Below are positions 37,869 to 50,841 of a stretch of 64,000 nucleotides of DNA, piece after piece (the first letter of the stretch is position 1; the number at the start of each line of letters is the position of its first letter). The notes below the pieces were generated by a model, which was given only the letters and a program-made list of their open reading frames with translations, made no database searches and was not told the origin of the DNA. Made by a program: the position numbers and the translations under genes. Origin of the DNA: Cystobasidiomycetes sp. EMM_F5 (Eukaryota); the NCBI GenBank assembly GCA_051047955.1, contig JBPGPT010000010.1, positions 372,001 through 436,000 of the forward strand, written 5' to 3'.

Positions 37869-40800
37869 TCATTTAAGATAATATGGTTCCCCATCATCGC
37901 TGTCCTCTGCAAACAAATCCTGGAGATCTTGCAGTGTAGTACCTTGCTGAGTTCCCTTTGCTAGAGAAGCATTCACAACTCTCGATTTGCGTTCCTGAAG
38001 CTTCAGCATTCTGCCTTCGACGCTGGCCTTGACGAGATAGCGATACACTGTGACTGATTGTTCCTGGCCAAAGCGATGAACTCGATCAATGGCTCTGTCA
38101 ATGAGGCTCGTTAAATATATCGTGTACATGTGCGCCATACTTTACTGACTGTGCTTCAATAGCGCTGTTCCACCTGTAAAATCAAGGGTGAGCTGGGTAT
38201 CCACTGATTCATTAATAAAACACAGACTTGCCACCAGTCCAATATGTAAATGCGATTTGCAACAGTCTAATTTCTGCCATTTCAGACAAGTTTCAACGGG
38301 GCTGCAAACCGAACCTACCAGATTCAAGCTGCGCCGCATGCCTCATTAGCAAAGTAACCTCTCCGTGGTTATCAATCAGCTAGCTTACCCAGTGCCGCCA
38401 GCCTTCATGGATATCAGAAAAATGCATGGTTTGCTTTTATTGTTGAATTGCTTCACTGCAGCTTCCCGCCGTTTGCCTGAACACAGAATGGGGTCAGGCG
38501 CGCTTTTGTTACAATGCAGGTAGAGACTTGCGATCCATTGTTCCATCCAACCGCACGAAGCGCAGCTTTGCTTGCGATAGAGACACTTCCACAAGGTCCA
38601 GGAAGCTCGTGAATTGCGAGAATACGACTGCATGGAAAGTAGGTCTGCCCATCACATCAGGCACGGGCGCGACACGGCTTGAAAATAGCGATATTTACTC
38701 TTCATGCTTAACTTCCAGCAGATGTTCGATAAGGGCTTTGATCTTGGTACTACGCACGAAAGCGCGATCTTGTAAGCAGCTTTCTTTTGTGCACAATGAG
38801 GATCACTAACCTTGGTACAACATCAGAGCGAGCGAGCCAGTTCCCTCCGCTGTCGCTCAGCTGCGGGCTGAGTCTTGCAGAACCACTTGACTTCGAGATG
38901 CTTGCCGAAGACGAAGACGATCTATCTCTGCATTTGGGATACCGAATTAAGATAATGCCTGCTGATGCCGTACCAAATGGCCGGAGTCTCACCGCGATCT
39001 TGCTCTAAAAAGCGGTTTCTTCTTGCGGGCTAATGGTCTTGGCTCATCGTCTGAATCGGAATCCTCGCCCAAATCGATAGTCTGCCCATTCGTGCCGTTC
39101 GGGGCCTTCGGCGCAGAGGCGTGCTCCTTGACGGCTTGCTGTAGATCTTCAATGCCATAAGCAGGAGCGTTGCCGCAAGCTGGACATACAGCCTGCGCAA
39201 GAGATCTCCTCGATCAGCACATAAATTGTGTCAAGGCAGAAGTCACAGCTTACCTCTCCGTCATTGTCTTCTGTGAGATACGTTATCATACATGCCTTGC
39301 ATCCGCTGTGTTCGCAGGGAAAGAAGACGGCATCCTCACACACCTACAGGCACGAGCTCAGCCTTGCCTCGGACAAGCTTAAGTATGTATTTACGTCATT
39401 GCAATACATGCAGATCGGTTGGAGCTCCTCTCCACCTGTGTTGTGCTCCTCCAGCACCCTTGCTGCTGCCTCATCGGATCCGCCTTTTGCCATCCATTTG
39501 GCTACCATCTTTTTGATTACTTCAGATTCGTTAGATCCTGCTTTAAGCAGAAGCTCCGGATGCAGGCAGGCTTGTCGTAGGCGCGTGATCAAAGCTGAAA
39601 TGATGTTTAAGCCTATAAAGCGCAGCAAGACTTTCTCTATACGCACCCAGAATTGCGATAGTGTTGCTTTTGGCAGTACCATTCTCGATGAATTCGCGGA
39701 AGCGTGCCGTGCTCTCGCGGCGCACCTTGAAGTTTATTGTTCAGCCATGGATTGCCGCGCATTCGTCAAAGCCATTACACCTACCTTGTCATATATCGCA
39801 CGCTCATCTTTCGAAAGATCCAGCAAGATCTGTACACGAATCAACCTATATCAGTCCGCAAGTCGATGTGCCTCGGCAGAAATTTGCTTCACCTGGATTG
39901 TCTTCTTAGGAGGCAGTGGCACAATAGGGTTACCGTCCTTATCCTTCATACTCTTCTCGCGCCGAAGCAGCAGATCTTGGAGGATGTATTGCACCACCCT
40001 AAGCGCTCCCGGATCTCCATTCTGGTACGGTATCGTAATAAATGCTTTGAAGTGCGCCCAATTCCCGTAAGGTCTGATGGCAATCTCAGTTCGAACTGCT
40101 ACGCGCCTGTAGAATGAATGGCAAAGGCTTACTCGCAGCGAATGAAATGCAGCAGGGAGTACAGGTCCTCCAAACGATTGACGATCGGTGTGCCAGTGAG
40201 GCACCATCGGCGCTTGGCACGAAGTGCATAACAAGATTTGGCCGCTCGGGTGCTTCTCGATTTGATATTATGGGCCTGAAATTACCTCAATCAGCAAGCG
40301 AAAACAGCTGAAGACGGGATTAGATCATACCTCATCGAGAATTATTCGAAACCATTCCACAGAGTACAAACCCTCGGTGGGCGGCTTGACGGAGCCTTTT
40401 GCGTCTTCCTTCTTGGCTAGCTTCTCGTATTCTGCACCAATCTTGCCGTAACTTGCGATGACGACGTCGACTCCGCCATCCAGCTCGTCCTTCAGGTTGG
40501 TCATCTCTTTCGTATCGTTGTAAACAAGAATACTGAATGCACCATTGCTAGACCGTAGCAATTCGTCGCGCCACTGGTTGAGCAAGCTCGTAGGCGCAAT
40601 GACCAAAGTCGCTCCGCGTTTGGCGCTAGAACCGTCAACTCCTGCGATACTTTTGTTGTTTGTGGGAATGAGTGTCGCCTGTCTGTGCTTCTTTTTCTGC
40701 TTGCCAACAGGAGAAGGTATGTAAGGGGCATCACTGTCGTCTTGCTGGTCCTCAAAGTCATCGTCAGATGACGAAGAAGAAGCCGTTGGTCGGCTCTTCT

Positions 40801-42766
40801 TGCTTTTCTTCCCATCGCCAGGAGTATTCGTGTGGATTAGGGCGGCAACCATAATTGTTTTACCGAGACCCATCTCATCCGCTAGGATGCCTCCACGCAA
40901 TTTCTTGCTAGCTCGCGGGAACTCGAGTGATAACTCGCCAGCTGCATTTTTCCACATCAGCTGGAACGCCTTGGACACTCCGGCCGGCACCCACAATAAG
41001 GGTTGTAGAAGAAAGGCTCATCCTCCGCATCGAGATCTATGACAGCATCTTCTGGCGGAAATGCATACCTAAAAGCCATGATCAGCTCCGTATGCGATGA
41101 TCGACAGCCGGACTCACTCCTCCCATAAAGGATGCAGCGAGACTTCTTCTCTGGCACTCTCGGCTGTGCCTTCTCTCGTCGACATCCAGTGCAAAGCTTG
41201 TTTCTGATATGGTCTGGAACGGGAGTGAGGCAAATGTCAGTATGGCCTACGCAGTCAGACCGACGTTTACCTCAATTGCAAGGCAAAGGTGGACGGCGGC
41301 TCCATCTCTGGTAGATTCATGTCATTCCTCGCTGCCTCGGCAAAGACCGAGTCCACTTCTTGCTGCGTAACTTCATCCCCCTCTTCTTCATTCTCCACGT
41401 CCTTATCTTTACCTTTTCCCTTGACATCTTTTCCCTTCTTGTCTTTCGTGCTCTTACCCGCTTTATCCTTTTTCTTCCCATCAAAGTGTTCCAATACTGC
41501 TCGCTTGCTGTTGATCTTACCCTTCTTCTTGTGCTTTTTCAATATGTCGTCGGAGTAGACGGGGTGTAGCTTTAGTGCATTGAACAAACGCGTCACTGCT
41601 CCTTTCCGTTCGGTGAGGATGAATTCTGCTTCTGTGTCCTTCGTTTCGTCAATGACGCCAGGGCGTTGCGATTTTGGCTTGACTGGCTGTTGCAGTGTCG
41701 CTTTTGCGCCTGTAGATTCAGCCTTTACATCGATCTTGACAACACTGTCTAGACTCGTGAATGCCGACCGCTTGATGTACGCTCGGATTTTCAGTGAGAT
41801 TGTAGTTAGGCCTACAGAGGTCGGGATGAGTGAGCGTCAATAAGGACATTTACAAGTGCGACTGCTAGTCTTACCAGAGGACAAAACTTTCGGGCAATCA
41901 ACTACGATGCCTTCGAACCTAGCTAGGCCCAAATCCATTGCTCGCGCCATCCATCTGTACGCATCACAAGTCGCATGATGTCAGTCATAGCTACGGCCTG
42001 CCGACAAACAGTATCTCACACTGCGGTCTTTTGCTCGATTCGACCAATTTCGCTGCCTTGGCTGTTTCTGAATCTTACGATAGCATTATTGTCCTTCTCT
42101 TTGGCAGCCGACGAAGAAGCGGCATGCTTCTTCTGGTCTACAGCTGATTTGGCTGGACGCTCAATCGTTACACGCTTGCTTTCCTTGAACACGTCTTTTT
42201 TGGACGAGGTAGTTGCCCATCCTTCAGCGACGAAGCCTGAGCCAAGTTATCATGATTAGCGAGGTTCGAAAATCGCGTTGTAGTAGACGATGCGAGAGTG
42301 GCGTAGACTTACTGCCTAAATATCGTTCGCCCGTAAAGTCGCTGCCGTCTCGCGGTACTCTACGCTTCTTCTCGAGAGGTTCTGGAGTGCTTTTCGGACG
42401 CGAAGTAGATGTACTCGCTTTCCGTCGCTCGCTTGTATAATCTTCGTCCTCTGAGTCGTCACCAATTTCCACGACACTTTGTTGACGAGCCTTGCCTTTT
42501 CCTTTCCCGTTCACAGCACGCGGACTGGATGGTCGAGACGTACGGACGTCCTCGGTCGCACTTGTGGAGGCAGCTGCCTGCGTTGGCTGATTATCGTCTA
42601 CCTCGTGCACAAAGAACCGCTTTCGTTTGGCTTCTGGCGGGGCCGGAGTCGCTTCATCTGCGCTTTCCAGCTCGCGCTTCTCTGAGCTGTGTCGCGGTGG
42701 TGTCGATGTCCCAGCTCGCAGCAGACTCCGCGAACCACTCGGTACGTCATCTTCGTCGACGTCCAT
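37869..42766 (-). CDS. RAD5: DNA repair protein Rad5 (HIRAN, SNF2 ATPase, RING finger, helicase C)
   Basis: HIRAN-like region (GWATT...EIGR...FEGIVVDCP), [61 protein letters not shown]...CEH..C..C...[13 protein letters not shown] and [10 protein letters not shown]. Confidence 0.88.
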
Positions 42767-43245
42767 TTTGAAACGCGTAAAGAAGAGATACAAACAAACA
42801 AGCACCTATTGCCTATGTGGGGAAGATGACCCAGTTTGCGAGGCAGAAGCGGTCACTGACGGGCTGAAAGTACTGGAAATGTCGCGCATCCGCTATAAAG
42901 CCTTGTGTGACATGCATATAGCTCGTCATCAACTAATACTCGAATCTACATTCGCCCATTGGCAAACAAGACTGCCACATACAAAGGGCAGCACGTCGTG
43001 TAAAGCACGAGGCCGTATGCTGACATTCCCTAATGCTCGTTCTTCCAGAAGTCACTCTCGCGACTTCAGCCTCAGTCAGCTGTTCGCACTTTTTACCAAA
43101 AGTAGTAAGAAATTTCTCACACACGGATCAGGTTCCGCTTATAACAGCTTGCGCGAATCATTGCCCCTCTTTCCAGCTTCTGCAAACGAATAAGTCGCAA
43201 CAGCAATTTAAATCTCACATCCTGTCATTACACGCTCGTACAATA

Positions 43246-44291
43246 ATGACTGGCGTTTCAAGGCGACTAGCAAGGGCACCGGTATTATCGGTCGCACAAG
43301 CTGAGGGTGCAGGAGCGACCGTACGGCGTTCCATCGGCGGAGCGGCATGTCGCAACTTTACGCCATTCCTACTTCTGGATGATTTTACCGTCGGCAAAGG
43401 AGCTGGCTTTCCAGATCATCCTCACAGGTGTGTAGATAGTAGCCTCGTTTCGCCACATGCGTGCCTGACATGTTGTTGCAGAGGTATGACTACCGTGACA
43501 TATATGCTGGAGGGCTACGTTCAGCACGAAGACTCTAAAGGACACAAGGGCACTATTGGACCCGGCGAATTGCAATTCATGCAAGCGGGTAAAGGCAGTA
43601 AGTCATGCGATACGCATCTGCACGCTGCGTTACTGATAAATACTGTGACGTTCCAGTCCTCCACGCTGAGATGCCTTTGCATGAAGAAGGCATGCCAGAT
43701 CCGCACGGGTTGCAGCTGTGGATCGACCTCAAAAAAGACAAGAAGATGATGGATCCAACGTACCAAGAACTATCGGCGGAAGCCATCCCAACCGCGCGTT
43801 ACTCGGACTTTATCGACATCAAAGTCATTATAGGGGCAGCGCAAGGAAGTGCAGAACAAGGGCTCGTCAAGAGTCCCATTCACCCCGTTCAAGGAGTCGA
43901 GTACTACGATATTCGGATATCGAAAGCCGGAGAGAGCGTTTTCCAACCGATTCCCAAAGGCTGGTCGTCATTCCTGTACACACTGACAGGCGACATCTTC
44001 GTAGGACCTTCAGGTAGCATGGTCACACCGCTCAAACCCTACCATACCGTTATCCTGACTTCAAAAGAAGGACAAGATGGTGTACTCATCGAATCTGCAA
44101 CCGACAATGTTCGCTTCGTGCTGATAGCTGGAGAGCCTCTGGATCAGGAAATCGTACAGCATGGTCCGTTCGTCTTGACCAGTCAAGAGGAAGTCCGGCA
44201 GGCATTTATGGATTATCAAATGGGAAGGAATGGCTTCGAAGGCGCACACGAGTGGGCTTCACAGATTGGAGGCCGTCAGATCAAGGCGTAG
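43246..44291 (+). CDS. Pirin (bicupin) family protein
   Basis: EGAGATVRRSIG, PFLLLD, GFPDHPHRG..TVTY, HEDSKG, LHAE, GLQLWIDL and GPFVL. Two introns. Confidence 0.92.
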
Positions 44292-44475
44292 GCGGTATGG
44301 TATAACGAAATAATAGCTGTCGTTGTATCAATAGTCCATAGCGCAAAGTCTCAAATGTCATGATCATTTGCCACGATATCGATTGCAACAGCCAACCAGG
44401 CGGCGGCTATACTGCACGACTTATTCGAGCAGGCCACTTGTCACTGCAGCACCTGGCAATTCACACTGCACAATC

Positions 44476-46284
44476 ATGCACAAAGCACTGTCGAGCGTTC
44501 CTTTGACAAGCCGAGCGCTACCGGCTTTGCGATCCTCGCCTCAGCTCGGTCGGAGAGCGTTTGCATCGTCGAGCTCTACAAAGCTCGCGACCGTGCAGGA
44601 TGCTCCCCAGCAGAAGCCAAAGCCGAAGGTCCACGGTGGTCTGAGAGATCAGGATCGTATCTTCTCAAATGTGCGTGGGCTTGGGATGTGGATGCCTTGC
44701 CGCGGAGGGGTCGACGAGATAGAGGCTGATCTAGTGATTCGCCATATCTGTACCAGGCCTACCTCGTACACGACTACAAGCTCAAGGGTGCACAAGCAAG
44801 AGGTGACTGGCACCGGACAAAGGATATCATTCTCAAGGGCGATGATTGGATCATTTCTCAGATCAAGGCATCCGGTCTGCGAGGACGAGGGGGAGCAGGA
44901 TTCCCATCTGGACTCAAGTGGTCATTCATGAATAAGCCTGGTGCAAAGGAGGGGATGAAGGATGGGCGATATCTCGTCGTCAATGCAGATGAGGGCGAGC
45001 CGGGAACATGCAAAGACAGGGAGATTATGCGTGGAGACCCGCACAAGCTCGTTGAAGGTTGTCTCGTAGCAGGACGTGCAATGAATGCTACCGCTGGTGA
45101 GTCATCGGTCGTGCCCCGATTCAAGTCAAGCTGATTGTGTTTATCCAGCCTACATTTACATTCGTGGCGAATTCTACCAGGAAGCGAACCATCTGCAGGT
45201 TGCCATCGATGAAGCCTACAAGGCTGGGTTCATTGGCAAGAATGCTTGCGGCTCAGGCTACGACTTTGACGTCTACGTACATCGTGGAGCCGGAGCATAC
45301 ATTTGCGGCGAGGAGACTGCCTTGATTGAATCGCTCGAGGGCAAGCAGGGCAAACCGCGTCTCAAGCCACCTTTCCCAGCGGACGTCGGGCTCTTTGGTC
45401 GACCTACGACTGTGGCAAACGTTGAGACTGTCGCTGTCGCACCCACCATTATTCGTCGAGGTGCAGCCTGGTTTGACGGATTCGGTCGAGAGCGAAATTC
45501 TGGTACAAAACTGTTTTGTATTTCCGGACACGTCAACAAGCCGTGTGTCGTAGAAGAGGAAATGTCAATTCCTCTGCAGGAGCTGATTGAGAAGCATTGC
45601 GGTGGTGTTCGTGGAGGATGGGACAACCTGCTCGGTATTGTGCCAGGAGGTTCTTCGGTTCCCATCTTGACGAAGGATGAGTGCGAGACGGCGCTTATGG
45701 ACTACGACTCGCTCAAGGATCTCAACTCGGGTCTCGGCACGGGTGCCATCATTGTCATGAACAAGCAAACCGATATCATTAGTGCCATTGCCCGCTTCTC
45801 TCGCTTCTATGCACACGAGTCGTGCGGACAGTGCACGCCATGCAGAGAGGGTACTACATGGCTCATGAAGATGATGGACAGGATGGTGAGACACCAGCAT
45901 TGGGGTCGAGTTGGTTGCTGATTGCCTGTTTGCAGGTCGAGGGCCGAGCTGCCGAACGAGAGATTGATATGCTGTGGGAGCTGACTCGACAAATTGAAGG
46001 CCGTGAGTGTGATGGTGATATTCGACTGAAATAGCATGCTGACGAGCTTTGCAGACACAATTTGCGCACTGGGTGATGCAGCGGCATGGCCTGTACAGGG
46101 ACTGCTCCAAAAGTTCCGTCCAGAGATTGTCAAGCGCATTCAAGATTTCACCGCCAAGAACGGCAAGGTGCTCTATGGCGGAAGACCGGTCAGCGAAGTT
46201 TCCCATCTGCCATCTCCATCTTGGCCTAGCATCCCAGCTGCTTCGACACTCGAGCTCGGAGCGACACAGGGCATCAATGTGTGA
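44476..46284 (+). CDS. NDUFV1: NADH:ubiquinone oxidoreductase 51 kDa flavoprotein subunit
   Basis: [53 protein letters not shown] and the 4Fe-4S motif [12 protein letters not shown]...[15 protein letters not shown]. Confidence 0.96.
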
Positions 46285-46939
46285 TGAGCACACGTAATTC
46301 TAGTCTATCGCCTGATACTTGTCTGTATAATATGCGCGTCCAAGCTATGCGCTCTCTGTTCCTTCACATCATGCATGCTTTTCGTGTAAAAGACATAGAC
46401 GCCGCCAAGAACGAGCGGAAATCAAACAAGTCATCATTGTGCCTTGCTGTCACCAGTTTGCGTCCTAACTTGTGGGGCTCTCCTTTCAAATGCTCTCGGA
46501 TAATCTTCGGCGTTTATCGCCGAAGTCGAAATGCGAGATCGACTGCCCGAGGTCTAGGCTGGATCCGCAGACCTGGGCGCACCCACAAGATATCAACTGC
46601 AGCTGAAGCGGATATTGGCGTGCAGGTGTGCTGCGATCTTAAACACAGAGGCCGACAAACCGCCCCGCTGTAGCTGTGCATGCATCTCCGCATTGTCCAG
46701 CAACTCCGTCGACCGGCATCAGAAGACCCAGAAAAGTGCGATTCAGGCCCTCGAATTTGCCCTTGGAATCGCATTTCCACGTCCTCGAGGCGTCAGTCTG
46801 CTGCAGCACAGTATCCCGTTGAAGGGCATCCTTTCTGCTCGCCGTCCAGCCCTCGTGGATCATCTGCACCAGCTCGAATCCGCCGACGGAACTCGTCAAT
46901 TCCGTAGGCAACGGCAACGGCTGCTCCCAACCAGCAGCC

Positions 46940-48569
46940 ATGGCGGCCAATGAGTTTCAGGAAAAGGCAAGTGTACGACTACGGGCTATACGTGCTAGTT
47001 GAGCAAGTGCTGCCGCCTACGTCGCGTGCGGCCGTGCCGAGTCCTCGCCTCTTATTGTTCAATGGTCGATGGCGAGAGGACGAGGTCGCAAACGCAGCAC
47101 AACGCGACGACATGCGCTCGCTTGCAGGTATGAATGGTATGCTATGGACAGGCTGCTGACTTGCTTCATTTCGCCCCTTTACACCTCGTGCGCATGGCAA
47201 AACAACGGCACAAAACTCCACCGAACCGTGCACTCGACCGCCATGACCACTGCAGATTGCGGCTGCGAGAAGAGAGGCAGAGAATCTGAAGGAGAAGATC
47301 CGAGCCAAACGAGAACAGCTCGCAGATACAACGTGTGAGTGTTGCATCTGCTGCACTCGGAGGCCTTGTTGACCACAACAGCTGACATGCCTTATTCCCT
47401 TCCCACCAGTGCGAGCAATGGCTCACGAGATTGAGGGACTGCCACGGATAGGGATGCGGCCACGCAAGACGCTTAAGGGACATTTGGCAAAGATTTATGC
47501 AATGCACTGGGCAAACGACAAGCGACACCTCCTCTCAGCCTCTCAGGACGGTAAGCTAATCGTATGGGATGCATACACGACAAACAAAGTGCATGCCATT
47601 CCACTGCGTTCGTCCTGGGTCATGACGTGCGCCTATGCGCCGTCAAGCAACTTTGTTGCCTGCGGTGGTCTAGACAATATCTGCTCCATCTATAATCTCC
47701 GCTCGAGGGAAGGCTCCGTCAAGGTGGCGAGAGAGCTCTCTGCTCATACTGGATATCTCTCGTGCTGTCGGTTTCTGAACGACCGACAAATACTCACTTC
47801 GTCTGGTGACATGACATGCATGCTTTGGGACGTCGACGCAGGCATTCGAGTACTCGAATTTAACGACCACACCGGAGATGTCATGAGGTGCGTACACAGT
47901 ACATTATGTCGAGACGCTGGCATATATGCTGACCATGCCTCCCAAACACGTTCCTTGCAGTCTGTCCCTCGGCCCAAACCAAAACATCTTTGTATCTGGC
48001 GCATGCGACGCTACGGCAAAGGTATGGGATATCCGGACGGGTAAAGCTGTGCAGACCTTTATCGGGCACGAGTCGGACATCAACGCCGTACAGTAAGTGG
48101 ATATTCCGCTCTCCGACAGGTCCACAATTCGCGCACGTGACTTACCGCTTTAAACTTGTGTCGTGTTTTCGTCCATCAGATTCTTCCCCTCCGGCGACGC
48201 GTTTGCGTCTGGGTCTGATGATGCTTCGTGTCGTCTATTCGATCTCCGTGCGGATCGCGAATTGAATCAATACACTCACGATAGTGTCCTATGCGGTATC
48301 ACATCTGTCGCCTTTTCAGTCTCCGGACGTATCCTGTTTGCGGGGTACGACGACTACAACTGCAACGTCTGGGACACGCTCAAGGGAGAACGTGTCGGTG
48401 TCCTCACTGGCCATGATAACAGAGTTTCGTGCCTGGGTGTTTCTTCCGACGGAATGGCTCTCTGCACCGGGTCTTGGGATAGTACCCTCAAGGTAGGGGA
48501 CATAGATATTTACGATGGACGAGCTTTTAACTGACGAACGCGTTGGTCTGATATTAGATATGGTCGTGA
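46940..48569 (+). CDS. GPB1: Heterotrimeric G-protein beta subunit
   Basis: [63 protein letters not shown] and the rest of the WD40 set. Ends [11 protein letters not shown]. Confidence 0.96.
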
Positions 48570-49181
48570 TTGCGTTATGATAAAACGCAGGCGCACCTGG
48601 AGAATAAACTCCGCAAGAACGCAGCACGGTTAAAATCGCGCCCACGATCCTTCTCACCCCATTTACTCTTTCAACAGCGTAAGGCTATAAATATATATCC
48701 ACGGATACCATCAGTGCAGAACAGTAGTCGCGGTCTGTGCGCAGTGGAGCCAGTACGTTTCGAGTGTTACCGATGGTGTGTCATCCCATCATCGTATAGA
48801 GACAGTCTGTCTCTCCCACTTCCCTTCCCTTCTTCCTCATTCGCCGATGCTCCTTTGCACGGGCATTGGCTTGCAATCCTGCTCGTATGCGCAAACGTAT
48901 TCTTTCTGACTATCTACGAACAACTAGGGAAAACAGTTTGTTGTAATGTTACATGTCAACGATGTACAACGTATATCGTTTCAAGCATAGACAGGATTTA
49001 TTCGCGGATTCTTTCTTGTCTTCCGCCTTGTCGCCGCAGCCTTTGGCGTTTACACCCAACTACCTTCCCAACAGCAGTCGACTTCACATCGCGCAGGCAG
49101 CGAGTGAGACTGCGCATCTCATCAATACAAGTCTGCATACCCTGCAAACGCACACTCATTTCCGACATTATCATTCAAAAC

Positions 49182-50666
49182 ATGCCTCAAAGCGTAATGC
49201 GGCTGGCGGTCTTTGCGGCCATGGCAGCTGCATTCTCGACGGCTGTGTCCGCGCAGACGGCCAAATGTAATGGCTACTCTGAGCTGGTGAGTTGATATAT
49301 AATCTAGTGCAACTGCTGCTGTTGCGTAGGCCTGGTATGATGCTTGTTGTGCTTGGCCGGGCATGGCGAACGCGGTGGCAGACATTGCTGGCGGCGGGCA
49401 CTGGAAGCTCTGGCTGAATATTTCGCAGCTCAAGATTAGCTGACATTTGATGCTCAATGGCTTGTCCAGTGCTCCCGCTCGTACAGCAATGTTTCCTACC
49501 TCGGCACGCACGGATCTTATGGCATCCAGGCTGGTTCGCTAGCTGCAAATCAGCACTTCGACGTGACGACGCAGCTCAACAATGGCGTCAGAATGCTGCA
49601 GAACCAAGCGCACAATAGCAGCGGGGTAATCCATTTATGTCATTCCTCGTGTCTGCTTCTGGACGCAGGACCGGTGACAGACTACATGGCCAAAGTCAAA
49701 AGCTGGTTAGATGCGCACCCCTCAGAAGTAGTCACTATCCTATGGGTAAACTCGGATACGATGTGAGTATACTTCTGATCGTTCGAGCGTGACTGGATGT
49801 AAAGATAGCAACTGAGGACACTCCCCAGACCAATGTACATGTGGAAGCAAGCATATCAAACAACAGGCTTGGAAAGTTACGCCTATTCGCCCCCTAGTAC
49901 TCCGGTAGCCTACTCGGCCTGGCCTACCTTACAATCCCTAATCTCCTCCAACAAGCGGCTGGTTTCGTTTGTTGACTATGGCGCAGACTACTCCACTTGC
50001 TCCTACATCTTGGACCACTGTGCGCTGAGCCGATCTGACTGTGAATGTCTCGCCCCGTGACTAATATGCAAGTCTCTCCACGCGCCAGTCTCTCACTTCT
50101 GGGAAACACCTTACGACGAGACCGATGTCAACTTTCCCTGTACGGTCGACCGCGGCACTTCCGCTACCCCTATGTACATGATGAATCGTAAGTCTCTGCA
50201 AGTACTCGGCAGTCAATCTGCCAGCACTTATTGACAAGACTGCTCTACAGACTTCCTCGATAAGAATCTCAGCTTCTTCGGCTCCGTAGTCCCTGTTCCA
50301 GATACATCTAATCTCAACCGCACTAACGGAGTCTCTGGAACCGGCTCGCTCGGTCTCCAAGCTTCGCAATGCGCTTCACAGCATGGTAGATATCCGACTT
50401 TTATGCTGGTTGATTTTTACGATGCCGGAAACGGCAGTGTATTCCAGGTCGCTGCAAACCTGAATGGCCTGTCGTACGTTCCTACGATGATTGGAAACGG
50501 TACTACGATTGCGACTTCCAATGCAGGCTCGACCACATCCGGCAGTACGGCTACAGGAAACGGCAAAGGTAACAATGGAGCAGGACTGGGTTGTGCCCCT
50601 TCGACGGCTTTGCGTGCCGGCCTTCCGCTAGCGCTGCTCGTCGCAAGCCTTGCATTGCTTTCCTAG
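49182..50666 (+). CDS. Secreted, probably GPI-anchored PLC-like phosphodiesterase (PI-PLC X-domain-like)
   Basis: Signal peptide, CNGYSELCSR..SNV...GTH, QLNNGVRMLQNQAH, LCHSSC.LLDAG, WLDAHPSEVVTIL and PTFMLVDFY. Ser/Thr/Gly stalk and hydrophobic C-terminus. Confidence 0.85.
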
Positions 50667-50841
50667 TTACAGATTGTATTATCAATGGACATTCTTCCAA
50701 TTCATGTATACTATAACGCTCCTCGCCCCCATCGGCGGCATTCTACATAATATTACGAACAACATGCCAGTATTACGAAACGTACAGCTCGGTACAGCCT
50801 TATACTGACCTACGCAGCGGGAAGAAACTTGGAAATACACC

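Noticed and set aside
39228..40070. 280-aa plus-strand ORF
   Set aside because: Antisense shadow of RAD5 exons with no recognisable motifs.
45565..46293. 242-aa minus-strand ORF
   Set aside because: Antisense shadow of NDUFV1.
48570..49181. Long upstream extension of the 241-aa ORF
   Set aside because: It begins at a non-ATG codon in the G-beta 3' region. The signal peptide starts at the ATG at 49182.
49287..49469. Intronic snoRNA in the longer introns of the PLC-like gene (also 31521-31644)
   Set aside because: Only partial C/D-box-like words and no convincing terminal stem. An Infernal/Rfam search would be needed.
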